Source: Antedon mediterranea
Taxonomy: Eukaryota > Animalia > Echinodermata
Length of the DNA stretch: 64,000 bases
Assembly: GCF_964355755.1 (NCBI RefSeq)
Contig: NC_092672.1
Location: 38,898,183-38,962,182 of the forward strand
Reading direction: 5' to 3'
Shown here piece after piece: positions 27,168 to 41,200 of this stretch (the first letter of the stretch is position 1; every line of letters begins with the position of its first letter). The position numbers were made by a program, and so were the translations under genes. The notes beneath the pieces are model-generated. The model saw only the letters and a list, made by a program, of their open reading frames with translations. It was not told where the DNA came from and searched no databases.

Positions 27168-28227
27168 TTGTAGCTACTATTTTGCACTGTGTGTAGTTAC
27201 TATTATGCACTGTGTGTAGTTACTATTATGCACTTTTTGTAGCTACTATTATGCACTGTGTATAGCTACTATTATGCACTGTGTATAGCTACTATTATGC
27301 ACTGTGTGTAGCTACTATTATGCACTGTGTATAGCTACTATTATGCACTGTGTATAGCTACTATTATGCACTGTGTAGCTACTGTTATGCACTGTATAGC
27401 TACTATTATGCACTGTGTGTAGCTACTATTATGCACTGTGTGTAGCTACTATTATGCACTGTGTAGCTACTATTTTGTCGTGTGTAGCTACTATTATGCA
27501 CTGTGTGTAGCTACTATTATGCACTGTGTGTAGTTACTATTTTGCACTGTGTGTAGCTACTATTTTGCACTGTGTGTAGTTACTATTATGCACTGTGTGT
27601 AGTTACTATTATGCACTGTGTGTAGTTACTATTATGCACTGTGTGTAGTTACTATTTTGCACTGTGTGTAGCTACTATTATGCACTGTGTGTAGTTACTA
27701 TTATGCACTGTGTGTAGTTACTATTATGCACTGTGTGTAGTTACTATTATGCACTGTGTGTAGTTACTATTATGCACTGTGTGTAGCTACTATTATGCAC
27801 TGTGTGTAGCTACTATTATGCACTGTGTGTAGTTACTTTTATGCACTGTGTGTAGTTACTATTATGCACTGTGTGTAGTTACTATTATGCAGTGTGTGTA
27901 GCTACTATGTGCACTGTGTGTAGTTACTATGTGCACTGTGTGTAGTTACTATTATGCACTGTGTGTAGTTACTATTATGCACTGTGTGTAGTTACTATTA
28001 TGCAGTGTGTGTAGCTACTATGTGCACTGTGTAGCTACTATTTTGCACTGTGTGTAGTTACTATTATGCACTGTGTGTAGTTACTATTATGCACTGTGTG
28101 TAGCTACTATTATGCACTGTGTGTAGTTACTATTATGCACTGTGTGTAGTTACTATTATGCACTGTGTGTAGTTACTATTATGCACTGTGTGTAGCTACT
28201 ATTATGCACTGTGTGTAGCTACTATTA
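27168..28227. repeat. 23-bp minisatellite, about 46 copies, just downstream of the PRODH stop
   Basis: Unit TGTAG(C/T)TACTATTATGCACTGTG. Confidence 0.97.
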
Positions 28228-28679
28228 GTGGTTACTATTTTTCAGTAGGTAGAATGCAACTTGATGTTTATGCATTAGAGAAACTAAACTATACCTTTTA
28301 AAAATAATTAATGTTTTGAGTGGAATGTTAAAAAATATTTAAAAAAACTGAACATTCCTCTTTGTACAATATAAACCCATTCAATATATTTGTTTTATAT
28401 CTAAAGTAGATTCTTTTCATTTGATTGAAGGGTTTAAATGACGAATAATGCACTCATAATGTTGAATGGATTCTATGCAGTATTTATTGAATGTCAAAAA
28501 TCTATTTAGGTGTTGATAATATAAACATATGTATATAATGTTAGTATAATTATAGCAATATATTTGAATTCCTTGGTAGAGGGGAGAAGGATTTATATTG
28601 TGTTTTGTAATTTGTAGGAATGAACAAATTCTGCTTTTCCTGGTGTATATTGAAATGATACTGTACTAATATTATTAGT

Positions 28680-28995
28680 GCTGCTGGGTTCACTAGATAT
28701 TACAAACAAGAAGCGGTAGATGTCAGACTGCTTACTAGTTTAACCCTAACCCTGCTGGGTTCACTAGATAACAAACAAGAAGTGATATAAATGTCAGACT
28801 GCTTACTAGTCTAACCCTAACCCTGATGGGTTCACAAGATAACAAACAAGAAGCGGTAGACTGCTTACTAGTCTAAACCTAACAAACAAAAATGGTAGAT
28901 GTCAGACTGCTTTACTACTAAACTAGTCTAACCCTAACCCTGCGGTTCACTATAGATAACACACAAGAAGCGGTAGATGTCGGACTAATTACTAG
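28680..28995. repeat. Degenerate tandem repeat of about 70 bp with CTAACCCTAACCC motifs
   Basis: Recurring CTGGGTTCACTAGATAACAAACAAGAAGCGGTAGATGTCAGACTGCTTACTAGTCTAACCCTAACCC, 4-5 copies. Confidence 0.8.
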
Positions 28996-29242
28996 TAGTT
29001 TTTACTTGTTTATTTAAACTATGTAGGCTATTTGATGAGATTAAATTACTTAATTATTAAGATTACAATAAATTACAATATGCAATGAAATGTATTTTAT
29101 GTAACTGTAATAACTGATAATCAGCCCTCTTTAAATTAATTGATAATTTTAAAAAATCAATAGACAAAATAAAAAACAAACAATTTTAAATATAAAATAT
29201 ACTTTTTCTAACGTTAGATCTTCGAGGTTTATAAACCTATTC

Positions 29243-29837
29243 TACGGAAGCCCGTTCGGGCCACAAGTTAACTATATTTTAAAAGCTGTTATCTGGCGGC
29301 CGCCACTTAATTATCTGGCGGCCGCCACTTAATTATCTGGCGGCCGCCACTTAATTATCTGGCGGCCGCCACTTAATTATCTGGCGGCCGCCACTTAATA
29401 ATTAGTACATGTCCCGTCACGTGACATGTACGTGCATTGGATCAGAGGCTATGTTGCATGCAATAAAAGGCAGGCAATGCAATCATGATTATGCACATGC
29501 TACGACGGCAGGTTGCCTAAACATTGGAAAAGGTTGTTACGGCTCTGTTAGTTTAGCGCCCTCTATAATAAAAATTGTCTAATATGTCCGCTCACAAAGA
29601 TAACGTGTTCTATGCGTAGGTCTATCTAGAAGAGACACAAAGTGGCGGCCGCCAGATAATTAAGTGGCGGCCGCCAGATAATTAAGTGGCGGCCGCCAGA
29701 TAATTAAGTGGCGGCCGCCAGATAATTAAGTGGCGGCCGCCAGATAATTAAGTGGCGGCCGCCAGATAATTAAGTGGCGGCCGCCAGATAACAGCTTTTA
29801 AAATATAGTTAACTTGTGGCCCGAACGGGCTTCCGTA
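29243..29837. mobile_element. Non-autonomous foldback DNA transposon, IS3EU-like
   Basis: Long perfect TIR TACGGAAGCCCGTTCGGGCCACAAGTTAACTATATTTTAAAAGCTG followed by inverted arrays of 22-bp TTATCTGGCGGCCGCCACTTAA. 6-bp TSD CTATTC (29237-29242, 29838-29843). TAC..GTA ends. Confidence 0.85.
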
Positions 29838-31499
29838 CTATTCCTTTATATAATAATGACATAAGATGGTAAAATGAAGAAAAACGTTTCAATTCCAGTT
29901 TTTTAAAGTTCGACAAATAATAAGATTAATTAAACACGCCTGTAAAGGGGATGTCCGCCCAGCTACTCAAAAATAGTCGACACTTGAGAGTTTAGGCCTA
30001 CTTTGCTACTGAATAGATGCAAGCTTTGCCCCTATACCTGAAAAGGAATTTAATACAATATTGTAAAATTAATAAATTATTGTGTGACATTGATTGAGGC
30101 TTCCAATTACATAATATAATACTATAAGGGTGTAATTAAGGCATGTAGACATGGAACCTATTATTAGCTCAATATTACCCCATGTATCCTATGTTTCCAA
30201 TCAAAAGACCCTCAATATCAGACCTACATTGAAATGTGACCTTCTATTGGTGTCGTTTTATGTCTAAAATGTAAATTGATGTCTGAGTTAATTTGATGTC
30301 TTTGCGGAATTACGTGACAATAAATACATTTACAATACATCGATCCTCCTTGGTTTGTGAAACTCATTATGCAGAAACACATGCACAGCGTATTCATTAT
30401 TATTAGCTTGTCGTTTGTTTTTATTAGACTCGAAGGACCAACAAAATCCAATTTAAAGAAAAATCAATTCTTGACATAACCTTTTAACATTCACGACGCT
30501 CGCGATGATGCAGAGCTTGCAAAAAACCAACAAAATATAATCAAATCTAACGCTTTTTAATGCGTATTTATATTTAATTCATGGTTTAAATCATTCCTTT
30601 TTCTATGGTGTCTAATTATTATACTACCAAGTAGGCCTAATTAGTTAATATTTACTGTCATGCGGGTTTCTCTCAATCATCAACAATCATGATAATTTCA
30701 ATAATTTGATGGCATACCCGCAGAATTGTACAATTGATATGGAATTTATTATTAGGCCTATGTGTAAGACTACGAATTCCTTATTGCGTAATTCCAGCTC
30801 CGATCCAGCATTTTACCTCTCAATGATAAATTAAAACGCATTTGTGGGTGTTTCTTGTCAGAAATTTTGTACCGAAATTCCGAAATAAAAATGTGGCCGT
30901 CAATCAAGGTGCTCTAATTATCACCACATATTACTCAGATTCTATTTCTACTTTCTTCAATTCTAACTATTGTCGATCCGGAACAATGATTCTTTTGTGA
31001 TGGTAATGCGGTATATAAATAATATATGGTAGTCACAATTCTTTTACGAACAGTAATACGGAACAACAACGTGAACAGCACCAACATGGCTTCTTCAAGC
31101 ATAAATTCGTTTCCGTAAGTATGTTTTTGTACGTGCATGGACAACCCGATTGCACATATCAGGTCCAAGGTTCCGACACCTTGAGTTTCAACAGGGGTAT
31201 TCCACGGTTGCTTGTTGTCTTGTCTGTTAACGTTAATTACTATTCAATTCATAATAATAATTTTACATTCCAATAATCCCTACCGATGAAATCGGAGCAG
31301 TGTTTTTTTAAAACTCCCTGACAATGTGGCATTTTGCAAAAAAAATGAAAAAGTACCTTCATGGTTGATGCTCTAGAAAGCGTTGGTCCTAATAAATCTC
31401 GAAAAAAAGCCCATGGGCTTCTTTTTTTAGGACTCTTGGGTGGGCTTCTTTTTTAATGGGCTTTTGTATTCATTTCCATTTTTTTCTGGGAGAAATCAT

Positions 31500-31755
31500 A
31501 CCGCCATTAAACCAGGGAGTTGTTACAACTCCTGGTTAAATCATGGAGGTCCATGGTTAAATCATGGACCCAATTAGGTCCATGGATGGACATATATGTC
31601 CATGGTTAAATCATCGACATAAAACCGTGGTCCATGTTAAATCATGGACATATAACATAGGGTAATCATAACATTTCATGTAAAATCATGGACATAGGTC
31701 CATGTTAAAGCATAGACATGGTCTATGGTTAAATCTCAGCTAATTTCCATGATTA
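31500..31755. repeat. Degenerate short repeats (GGTCCATGGTTAAATCATGGAC-like)
   Basis: Several imperfect copies of CATGGTTAAATCATGGA. Confidence 0.6.
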
Positions 31756-31939
31756 TTAAAAAAAAAGTTTCATTTTAGTTTTCTTTACAAAATTGAACTA
31801 TGTACAAAATTATATTTATTTATTTCATTAGTTTGTCAACCAACAGCGATGAAACTGCCACTAACAGGTTGAATCAATATATAGGCCTATATGGCTCTGT
31901 CCTGCTGTCCACCCAGGCAGCACTTGCCAGCTTTATACT

Positions 31940-34750
31940 ATGACGTTATCCAAATTCCTTCACTTGCACTGATGAAGGGCTAGTGTTGCCCGAAAGCTCT
32001 GCTAACTTTTCTGGCTGTTTACTTTATCGTTTTGATTTAGCTTTTCGCTTTTTATTTTTGTATCTCCATTGAGATCCAGCCACTGATACCCACAGCATTG
32101 TCATTTTTTCAGTAATTTGCCTTTGGATTTTAAATGATGGAATGGAATGAGACTAAAAAACAGCTTAAATGGTGGTTATATTGAAACTTAAATTTTGGTA
32201 GTCAATGGAATAATTTTACCGATCTGGGAGTATGTTCCTAATGTTAAGTCCAAAAGGTTTTGTGGTTTTAAGTAGTAATTCCCAGTGGTTTTCTTTGTCT
32301 TTGCGAGTTTTGTCGCTCCATTTGACATCGTGGTCTATTGCAATAACTCTGAAATTTGCAATCGAGTGACCAGCTGAATTAAAATGTTCGGCTACAGGTT
32401 GATCAAGCTTTAATGTTTTGATAGCTGATCTATGTTGTGTCATTCTCATACGGAGAGTGTTTTTTGTTTCTCCGACGTACTGTTTGCCACAAATATTACA
32501 GTATATGAGATAAATGACGTTTTTGGTTAGACAATTAATTGATTGTTTGCGGCCAGTTTGGTTACTCTCAAATTTTTTAGTAGAATAAACCAATGAACAA
32601 GTTTTGCAAGATTTGCCGCAAAGGTGACTGCCCAAATTTTGGCTGTCATGAGAGTTAATTTCACTCTTAAATTTGGATCTGACTAATATATCACGAAGGT
32701 TGGGAGGTCTACGAAATGCAATAATGGGTGGTTCCGGAAAAACAGTCCTGAGACGTTCTGTCGACTGTAGAATGGGCATATGTTTCTCAATAATAGCCCG
32801 TAATGGAGGCAACCTAGGGTGGTAGGTTGTGACCAATGGCACTCTGGTCGATTTTTTTGGCTGACGTGGTTTGTACGTCAATGTTTGACATCGAGGAATA
32901 TCTTTTGCTTTCTTTATAGCAGTTTCGATGTATTCCTTCTTGTAATTTCTGTTCCGGAGATGTCCGGTTAGTTCTTCGGTACGATTCTGAAAATCTAAAT
33001 CTGAAGAACAGATACGTCTGATACGTAATGCTTGACTGTACGGTATGTTTTTAGTACAGTGTCGGGGGTGACAACTGCTAGGGAGCAGGTACATATTTTT
33101 ATCCGTGGGTTTACGGAATAGGTCAGTTTTGAGTGTACCATTTTCTATGGTCACTATAGTGTCCAAAAAATCAACGCTACTAGTGGATTTGGTAGCTGTA
33201 AATTTGATAGTTGGGTGAGCTGAATTAATATTGAGAAGAAAAGATTCCAAATTATCTTCACCATGGGTCCAGATCATGAAGATGTCGTCAATGTATCTAA
33301 ACCAAACAAGTGGTTTATTTGGTTGGAGGGACAGAAAATTGGCCTCAAATTGTCCCATAAATAAATTTGCAAAAGATGGCGCCATTTTTGTGCCCATCGC
33401 TGTGCCATGAATTTGAAGGTAATGGTCATTTCCAAAAATAAAATTGTTGTTGGTTAAAATCAACATGACCAGTTCTCGTAAATGAGCTTTAGTAGGCGTT
33501 TTGCCTGGAATTTGTATGTAATTTAAAATACATGCGTCGGCTCCTTCTTCGTGAGGGATATTAGTATACAATGATGAAACATCTAATGTAGCCAGAACAC
33601 AATTATTAGGTAAATTTTGAATTTGGTTAATTTTGCGGATAAAGTCCGTGGAGTCCTGAATGGTCTTAGTAAAGCATCCACATATTCAGAAATTTTCTCT
33701 GTAGCAGTGCCATTGCCCGAAATAATGGGTCTACTAGGATTGCCTGCTTTGTGGATTTTAGGTAGGAAATAAAATCTGCCTGGAACTGGATTGACCTGTG
33801 CCAAATGAGGTCCAATCTTAGGATCGATGGAGTGTTTTTTTACCATCACAGAAACAGATTTGGCCACCTTATCCGCAATTTCCGGGGTGGGATCCGTTGT
33901 AAGTTTACGATAATGAAGAGGATTGTTTAGCTGTCTTAAGGACTCCTCTTCATAAAATTTGATGTCCATGGCAACAGTGGCAGAACCTTTGTCAGCTGGT
34001 TTAATGATAATATCATTACGCTGACGCAATTTGGCAATGGCCTGCCTCTCTTGTTTTGAGAGATTGTCACGTTTATCTGGACTCGGGACGTAGTTTTGTA
34101 CATCCTCCTCAATAGCCTAAATAAATGTTTCTAAAGCTGGACAACGATTTTTAGGTGGATTCCAGGAACTTTTTGGTTTAAATTTGTTAGCGTTGCCTTC
34201 GTTTTGCGTGGTGCTGCTGTCTGAATCAGCAAAATGTTCACGTAATCGTAATCTTCTGGAGAAAGACTCCATATCCAAAGATAGTTATTGTGCGCCGACC
34301 TGCCTTGGTTTTGGGCAGAATTTAAGGTCCTCGGGAAAGAAGTTTTTTCTCTCCTTCGGAAAGTCGGCAATTAATTTCGACAACTGAATCAGAGGTGTTG
34401 CTCCGATTCTTGTTATAAGAAAAAAAGCCATAAAATCATCCGAAGGTAGAGTCATTTGTGTTGAAATGACCAAATCTGCAGGTAGACCAAATTTGTGATG
34501 TCCCCTTCGGGCCATTGCCGTTGATTGCTTACGGCAATCATTGGCGATAATCCTGAGTTTGTTTTGAAACTCGGATGCAGGAAGTTCTCTTTTCAACTTC
34601 TTAGTTCTAGAGTGAATTTCAACGTCAAACTCAGTGAGGATTTTGCGGCAATTGCCAATTTGGATCTCATTGAGTTGACAAGCATTTTTGTGAAGGACAG
34701 CGTTCCAACGAGAACGCATGTCATCATCTGCAAATCGAATACCAGATGTG
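31940..34750 (-). mobile_element. Penelope-like retroelement, Neptune-type (RT plus GIY-YIG), disrupted
   Basis: KPADKG, LPKIHK, RPIISG, YTNIPH, GTAMGT, RYIDD, Cys linker CGKSCKTC, and VIYLIYCNICGKQYVGET...GLN. ORF split into pieces by frameshifts and stops (32216-33571, 33583-34029, 34285-34719). Boundaries approximate. Confidence 0.95.
31964..32005 (+). ncRNA. Minimal type I hammerhead ribozyme motif in a Penelope pLTR
   Basis: TTGCA-CTGATGA-A-GGGC(TAGTGTT)GCCC-GAAA-GC-TC^TGCTAA: conserved core, 4-bp stem II, rudimentary stem III and GCA/TGC stem I. Predicted cleavage after C31999. Confidence 0.75.
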
Positions 34751-35200
34751 ACATATATATATTAACATTGTGACATATATATATATATATATATTAACAT
34801 TGTTTGATAAAAAAGGGAAAAAAAAGATTTAGGATCCCTTGAATTTCAAATATAAGTGGTCCAGAGAAATATTACATGTTCAATTCATATATATATCATA
34901 ATAACTATTGTACTTGGAAAATAATTGACATTCACACATTTTAACGTAACGCCCTCTATAGTTTAAAGGCCATCAACAACTTATTATGGTACGGTGGAAA
35001 AGATTGAGAGAGAGAGCTCGAGCGATTGTAGTGTAGGAGAGAATATGACGGGAGACGGGCCTAGTTATAGATCGAGCTTTCTGAATGATGATAAAATATA
35101 ATTTATCGTTAAGTTAGCTGTCTATGTGTGCATTTGCCCTGGAAAATAATTCCTCGTTTGTTCATTCTGACTGGCCAATGTCAATGATATTTATTTAAAG

Positions 35201-38200
35201 ATGGAATCCTCTTTGTTTTCTAGGGTGGTCAAATTTCGGCAAGGTGGCAGCAAGGAAGATGCGTCTGCAGAGGCCGAAGTGAACATGGCCAGCAGCAGGC
35301 GAACTCACAGGCCTACACATATGGGAAACGGGGCTACAGATGGAGTTCTAGGCGAATCGGAAGGTATAATATGTACAATATACTATAGGAGAAAAACTCA
35401 TTTAGGCCTAGGCCGATATAAAGAGAAACAGTTTTTAACCACCCGATTGTTTCATTGACAATGATATTTATTTTTTTTCACTGGTACACGGCACGGTATA
35501 AATATAGAGGTACCCACATTTTATTTTATGACCGATTTTATTATTGAGAGGAAAATATGAAAGTATTTCTATTATTAGCATTACTTGGAAAGGCCTACTG
35601 GAGAATAGAGTAGGCCTTGTGGGCCCAAGAGGGAATACATGGCCTGGTGACGTCTTGAAATGGGACTGTTTTACATACATACAGTACTCGAGCCATTGTC
35701 CTGATCCTGATCAATCGTTTCAATTCTAATTAGTGTTATTGTTTATACTGCAAGCACGTACTATTCAGCACGTATAAGTTATAGCGTTTGTGTGCGCATA
35801 GAGCAGACTTGTGGCTGAAGCCTAGTTTTTAAATGACGTTGAATAAAGTAACTGAATTGGACGATTCCTTATGTTTATTACTTTCACTGTGAGTCTACAA
35901 TACGTAGTATTGTAAAGTAACTGAATGTAAACACTATTTTTGTATTTTAATAATATTTTAATTTACTATTAATTATTATTAATTACTAGTAAATTAAATG
36001 ACCTTTCATTGTGTTAAATTGTGAAAGTATTCCAGTACTCTTAATTTATAATTTCATTTTAAATTTTAATGAAGATCATTTCACAGTGGATGAAGCTGTT
36101 GAGAACATTGGCTTTGGTTTGTTTCAAATCAAATTATCTGGACTCACAGGACTTTGCTGGGTAAGATTGTTGACAACTTTACTGACTGCAGACATAGATA
36201 TATTATAGTGAACATATCTCTATGGTGTGGTATCACAACAAAAAGCTGAAAAAAAATGTAAATGGAAGATAATTAAATGACATCACTATGAATGAATGTG
36301 AATTAATTCTGTTTATTATTTTGTTAACATAGAATGTTTAAATTCAAAAGTTTAACATTTCTTCATCACATTTAATATACTGTTATCTATCTTTATAAAT
36401 TTCCTCAGTAATACTTTAGAGAGGGTTCACTAACCCATCAGTGGGTAGTTCATTTGGGGGTAGTTACTAACAGTAAGTACAAATGGCAAAAAACATTACT
36501 TTACTTTTAGATTTTTCCTGTTTTTTTCCAGATGGCAGATGCAATGGAAATGATGATATTGAGCATTTTATCACCAGAATTACGCTGCGTCTGGAATTTA
36601 AGTCGTGTTGAGGAAGCAATGATAACAACTGTGGTCTTCATTGGAATGCTCTTAAGTTCAACACTGTGGGGCAAAATCTGCGATAAATACGGACGAAAAG
36701 TGGTATGTTGTATTAACTTACAATTTTATTAATTTTTATTAAGAGAGGTATCTTTATACTATTCTATTGTTATTTCTTGTAATACATCTCAATGCTATTA
36801 TTGTCACTGATTCATAATTGCTTATCTTAGCCTATATTATTGTTATTTTTTGTAATACATCTCAATGCTATTATTGTCACTGATTCAATTCAATTATTGA
36901 ATAAAAATATAAAAAAATTAAATTCATAATTGCTTATATTAGCCTATATTATTGTTATTTCTTTTGTATTCATGATTAATAGTCTTGATATAAAGTTGTA
37001 TTTTCTTATTCTTGTTTCTAATTTTATATTTAACATGTTTTTGATTAAATGATGTTTATACAGTATTTTCATTATTTTATATTGTTGCATGCATTACATT
37101 GTTGTACGTTCCTAAATAAAAATGAATAACATAAGAACATAAAAAAGAGAATTACATATTTAAAATAAATGAAGATGAGATATAAAACAGATTATGCAAG
37201 CCTTCATAGGTTGTACTTGAACGTCAGCTTAATAATAGCTCATCCAGACATCTGTACAATATATGATGATATGTTATTTGTTAATCAAATCCTCACCATT
37301 GTTAAAGCACTTTTGAAATCCAGTTGTTATTACACAAGCTGCTGTTATTATTGATTATTTTGACAAAATTATTAACAGTTGTATAGATTTTTAGGGTTTT
37401 CATATTTCAAGTTGTTAAAATCATGAAAGCTTTGTTACAATTTTATTTAAAAGAAGAAAATGGACATTTGTATTATTAATATTAGTAGGAGTGTTTATAC
37501 ACAGGAAACCGGGGTCTTCTTAATGCTTAGGTTTTGTAAAAAAGTAAACAATGGAAAATTGATAATGTAGCACATACACACACTGTAAATAGCATACAAG
37601 TTAAATCTACCATATGTGAAATATGGAAAGATACTATAATCATCATTCACAAGCAGATTTATATAAAAAAAGTTAATTGATGTACTGTGTAATATCACAG
37701 CATGTATGTGCAGGATATTTGATTTCATTTCTAATCCTAGTAATGCTGGTAAGAAAAGAGTATTTAATTCAGTTTTTAAGTTAATAATTTGTTCAACAAA
37801 TAGGATATCTGCACCAACAATCAACTCAAGAATGCACAATGAGTTAGCAAAGTTAGAACACAGTTCACCATTTCCATCTATTACTTTATTTAATGTAAAC
37901 CCGACTGATCAAAATTTATTGTTTTGTTATTAATTTTTAATTGGACTGTCTCATATTAAATTATTATAAAAGCTCACCTTCACCCTTGGTGGAAATTTAC
38001 CATGACCTTTGACATTAAAGATTACAATTCATTATAACTATATTTAGCCTGACCTCAATTAATAATTAAAAATTATGGTTATTTTGTGAATAGTTAAATT
38101 GTTTCTCACTTCATTATGCAATTGAAAAATACTGTGTTATGTTTTAAAAAGAAATCAACAGATTATAGTTTATATGAATTTGGTATCATATGTAGAGTAA

Positions 38201-41200
38201 AGTGCTTTGTTACTTAATGGAAAATGACCCATGATCAATTAGTATGAATTAATAACAAATATTTTCACTAAAAACAGTGGATACTGTATGTGCAGGTGGG
38301 TTAGGATGAGCACTGATATTTAATCTACCCTACCAGGATATGCCTTATTATAGAGTGAAGGCGTATAAGTCAATATTATTATTCTACTAGCATATGCCTT
38401 GTAGAGTGAAGGCGTATCAAATTTTCATTGATGTTAATGAACAATGACTTTGTATTTCCATTTTAAGTAGGGTACATTATTTACATTTTATGAAATCAGA
38501 AATTGAAACTGAAATAATCTGGATTTATGTCTAACGACGTGGACATGTAAATTACATTTTGACGTTGACATTAATATAGGTTATATAAATAATATATCAC
38601 TTTAGGAACATGTTTACATTAGGTAAAATTTAAAGATTCATTCATAAATAACAAACAATGAATTAGTTTTGCCAAAGAAAAGAGTAACATTTATCATTAA
38701 TGTACCCATGGTAGTGGAGCTGTGGCTTGGTGGATATGATGCTTGGCTACCACTCCAGGGGTTCTGGGTTCAAGTCCCGTCACATGTCAGGATTTTTTCT
38801 AAGGACAAAATTACTCCACTCCAAAATAAAAATACGGTAATGAATAATTATTAAGTAGTAGTAGATCTTGTTTGGCAATAATCATGAAAAGCTCATTTGG
38901 TAACAACTGTTTGTGTGTCTCATTGAGCATACTGCTCTAATAGACTTTAAGATGCACACTGACAATTAAGCAAACAACTATCTTCTTCCCTCATGAATAA
39001 TTATCTGTGCTCATTATGATGTTGATAGTGTCTCCAGCTACATACTGAATATCACTTCAGTACACAATGTACAGTACATTAGGATGATTAGAAATTATTT
39101 ATTGTGTTTATTTTCAATTTGAAAATTGTACTTAGTATAGTAATATGTAATAACTTGATGCAAGTTTGTATTCTGTTTAAAATCTGTCTGCTAATTTTAG
39201 ATGCGAGATTATACTCTCATTGAAGCGCGTCGGTTTATATTAACAAAAGGTCAAATTGCAAATGTATGCGTATAGTAAACAGTAAATTCTTGCCAATTTT
39301 CAAATTGTGAATATTTAAAATGCGCAAGTGTTGTTGCTTATAATTAAATTTAATTAGGATAGATGATTTTTATAATGATTTTGCATGCGATGTTTTGTAT
39401 GATGGAAGTATGAATTAAATGTAATGTATATGGATGTGTTCATGGTGTACTGTATGCAACCCATTTTGCTAACTAACATTGTCTGACATATCATTTCATT
39501 TTTTTTTTATTTGATATTAACTTATAATAATTATTATTGTTTTAGTAAATTTTTTATGGTAATAATTATTGCAAGGGAATCTTTTGGTATGTGTGTTCCA
39601 ATAGACGAATATTCTCTTCCTTAAAGTATCATCAAGAATCTACTAATGCTATCTAATTGATCATTAATTTAAACATATTATTTTATTATAGAAAGTGAAT
39701 TCTGTAGTATGGATGGAATTGGGTTATGTATTTGCTAACCTAAATTATGCATGTACCATTTGGTTATTTTATAGGGGTTAATAGCGTGTTCCATATGGAT
39801 TTTTTACTATGGTGTTCTTAGCTGTTTTTGTCCCATTTATATTTGGTTACTCATTTTAAGAGGACTTGTTGGTTTTGGGATTGGAGGAGCACCTCAAGCG
39901 TAAGTTTTTAATCTTTTTGATAAAGTGCTCAGATTTATAAGAATATCTCAAAAATAGTACTACAATTTCTTTATTAGTCTGGGCTACTTAAATATGATAA
40001 TTTATTCTTAAGTCTTTAAATTATAAAGATTATGATTCCTAATCAATGAATATTATCTTTTGAAATTAAGCAGATAAAGATACTGTACAGTACCCTAACA
40101 CATTAATCCCTTTGATACAATTAAATTGGGTTAGGGTTAGGGTGCTCTTTTTTTCGAGATGGGCTTTTTTTCAAGATCACTTTTGTGAAGCATGGAAGGG
40201 TGAAGGAGGTGGGGAGCTCTTCTTTTGGAGATGGGCTTCTTTTCGAAAAGAAGTCCAATCCTACATTCTGTATCCATGTGGCACAAGACTACTGTACACC
40301 AATTATCAATTTACATTCTTACTGTAGTATATTTAATACAGTAGATTAAGTGGAAACCTATACTAACACACATACCTTCCCTAACCCTAAAGAAGTCCAA
40401 TCCTACTTCTGTATCCACGTGGCACAAGACTACTGTACACCAATTACCAATTTACATTCTTACTGTAGTATATTTAATACAGTAAATTAAGTGGAAACCT
40501 ATACTAACACACATACCTTCCCTAACCCTAAAGAAGTCCAATCCTACATCTGTATCCACGTAGCACAAGACTACTGTACACCAATTACCAATTTACATTC
40601 CTACTGTAGTATATTTAATACAGTAGATTAAGTGGAAACCTATACTAACACACATACCTTCCCTAACCCTAAAGAAGTCCAATCCTACTTCTGTATCCAC
40701 GTAGCACAAGACTACTGTACACCAATTACCAATTTACATTCTTACTGTAGTATATTTAATACAGTAAATTAAGTGGAAACCTATACTAACACACATACCT
40801 TCCCTAACCCTAAAGAAGTCCAATCCTACTTCTGTATCCACGTAGCACAAGACTACTGTACACCAATTACCAATTTACATTCTTACTGTAGTATATTTAA
40901 TACAGTAGATTAAGTGGAAACCTATACTAACACACATACCTTCCCTAACCCTAAAGAAGTCCAATCCTACTTCTGTATCCACGTAGCACAAGACTACTGT
41001 ACACCAATTACCAATTTACATTCTTACTGTAGTATATTTAATACAGTAAATTAAGTGGAAACCTATACTAACACACATACCTTCCCTAACCCTAAAGAAG
41101 TCCAATCCTACTTCTGTATCCACGTAGCACAAGACTACTGTACACCAATTACCAATTTACATTCTTACTGTAGTATATTTAATACAGTAAATTAAGTGGA

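Noticed and set aside
37150-37950. Possible highly decayed minus-strand LINE RT remnant or 114-aa ORF
   Set aside because: Only vague resemblance, and no diagnostic motif could be read.
38717-38790. tRNA gene
   Set aside because: A and B boxes are present but there is no proper acceptor or anticodon stem, so it is treated as a SINE head.
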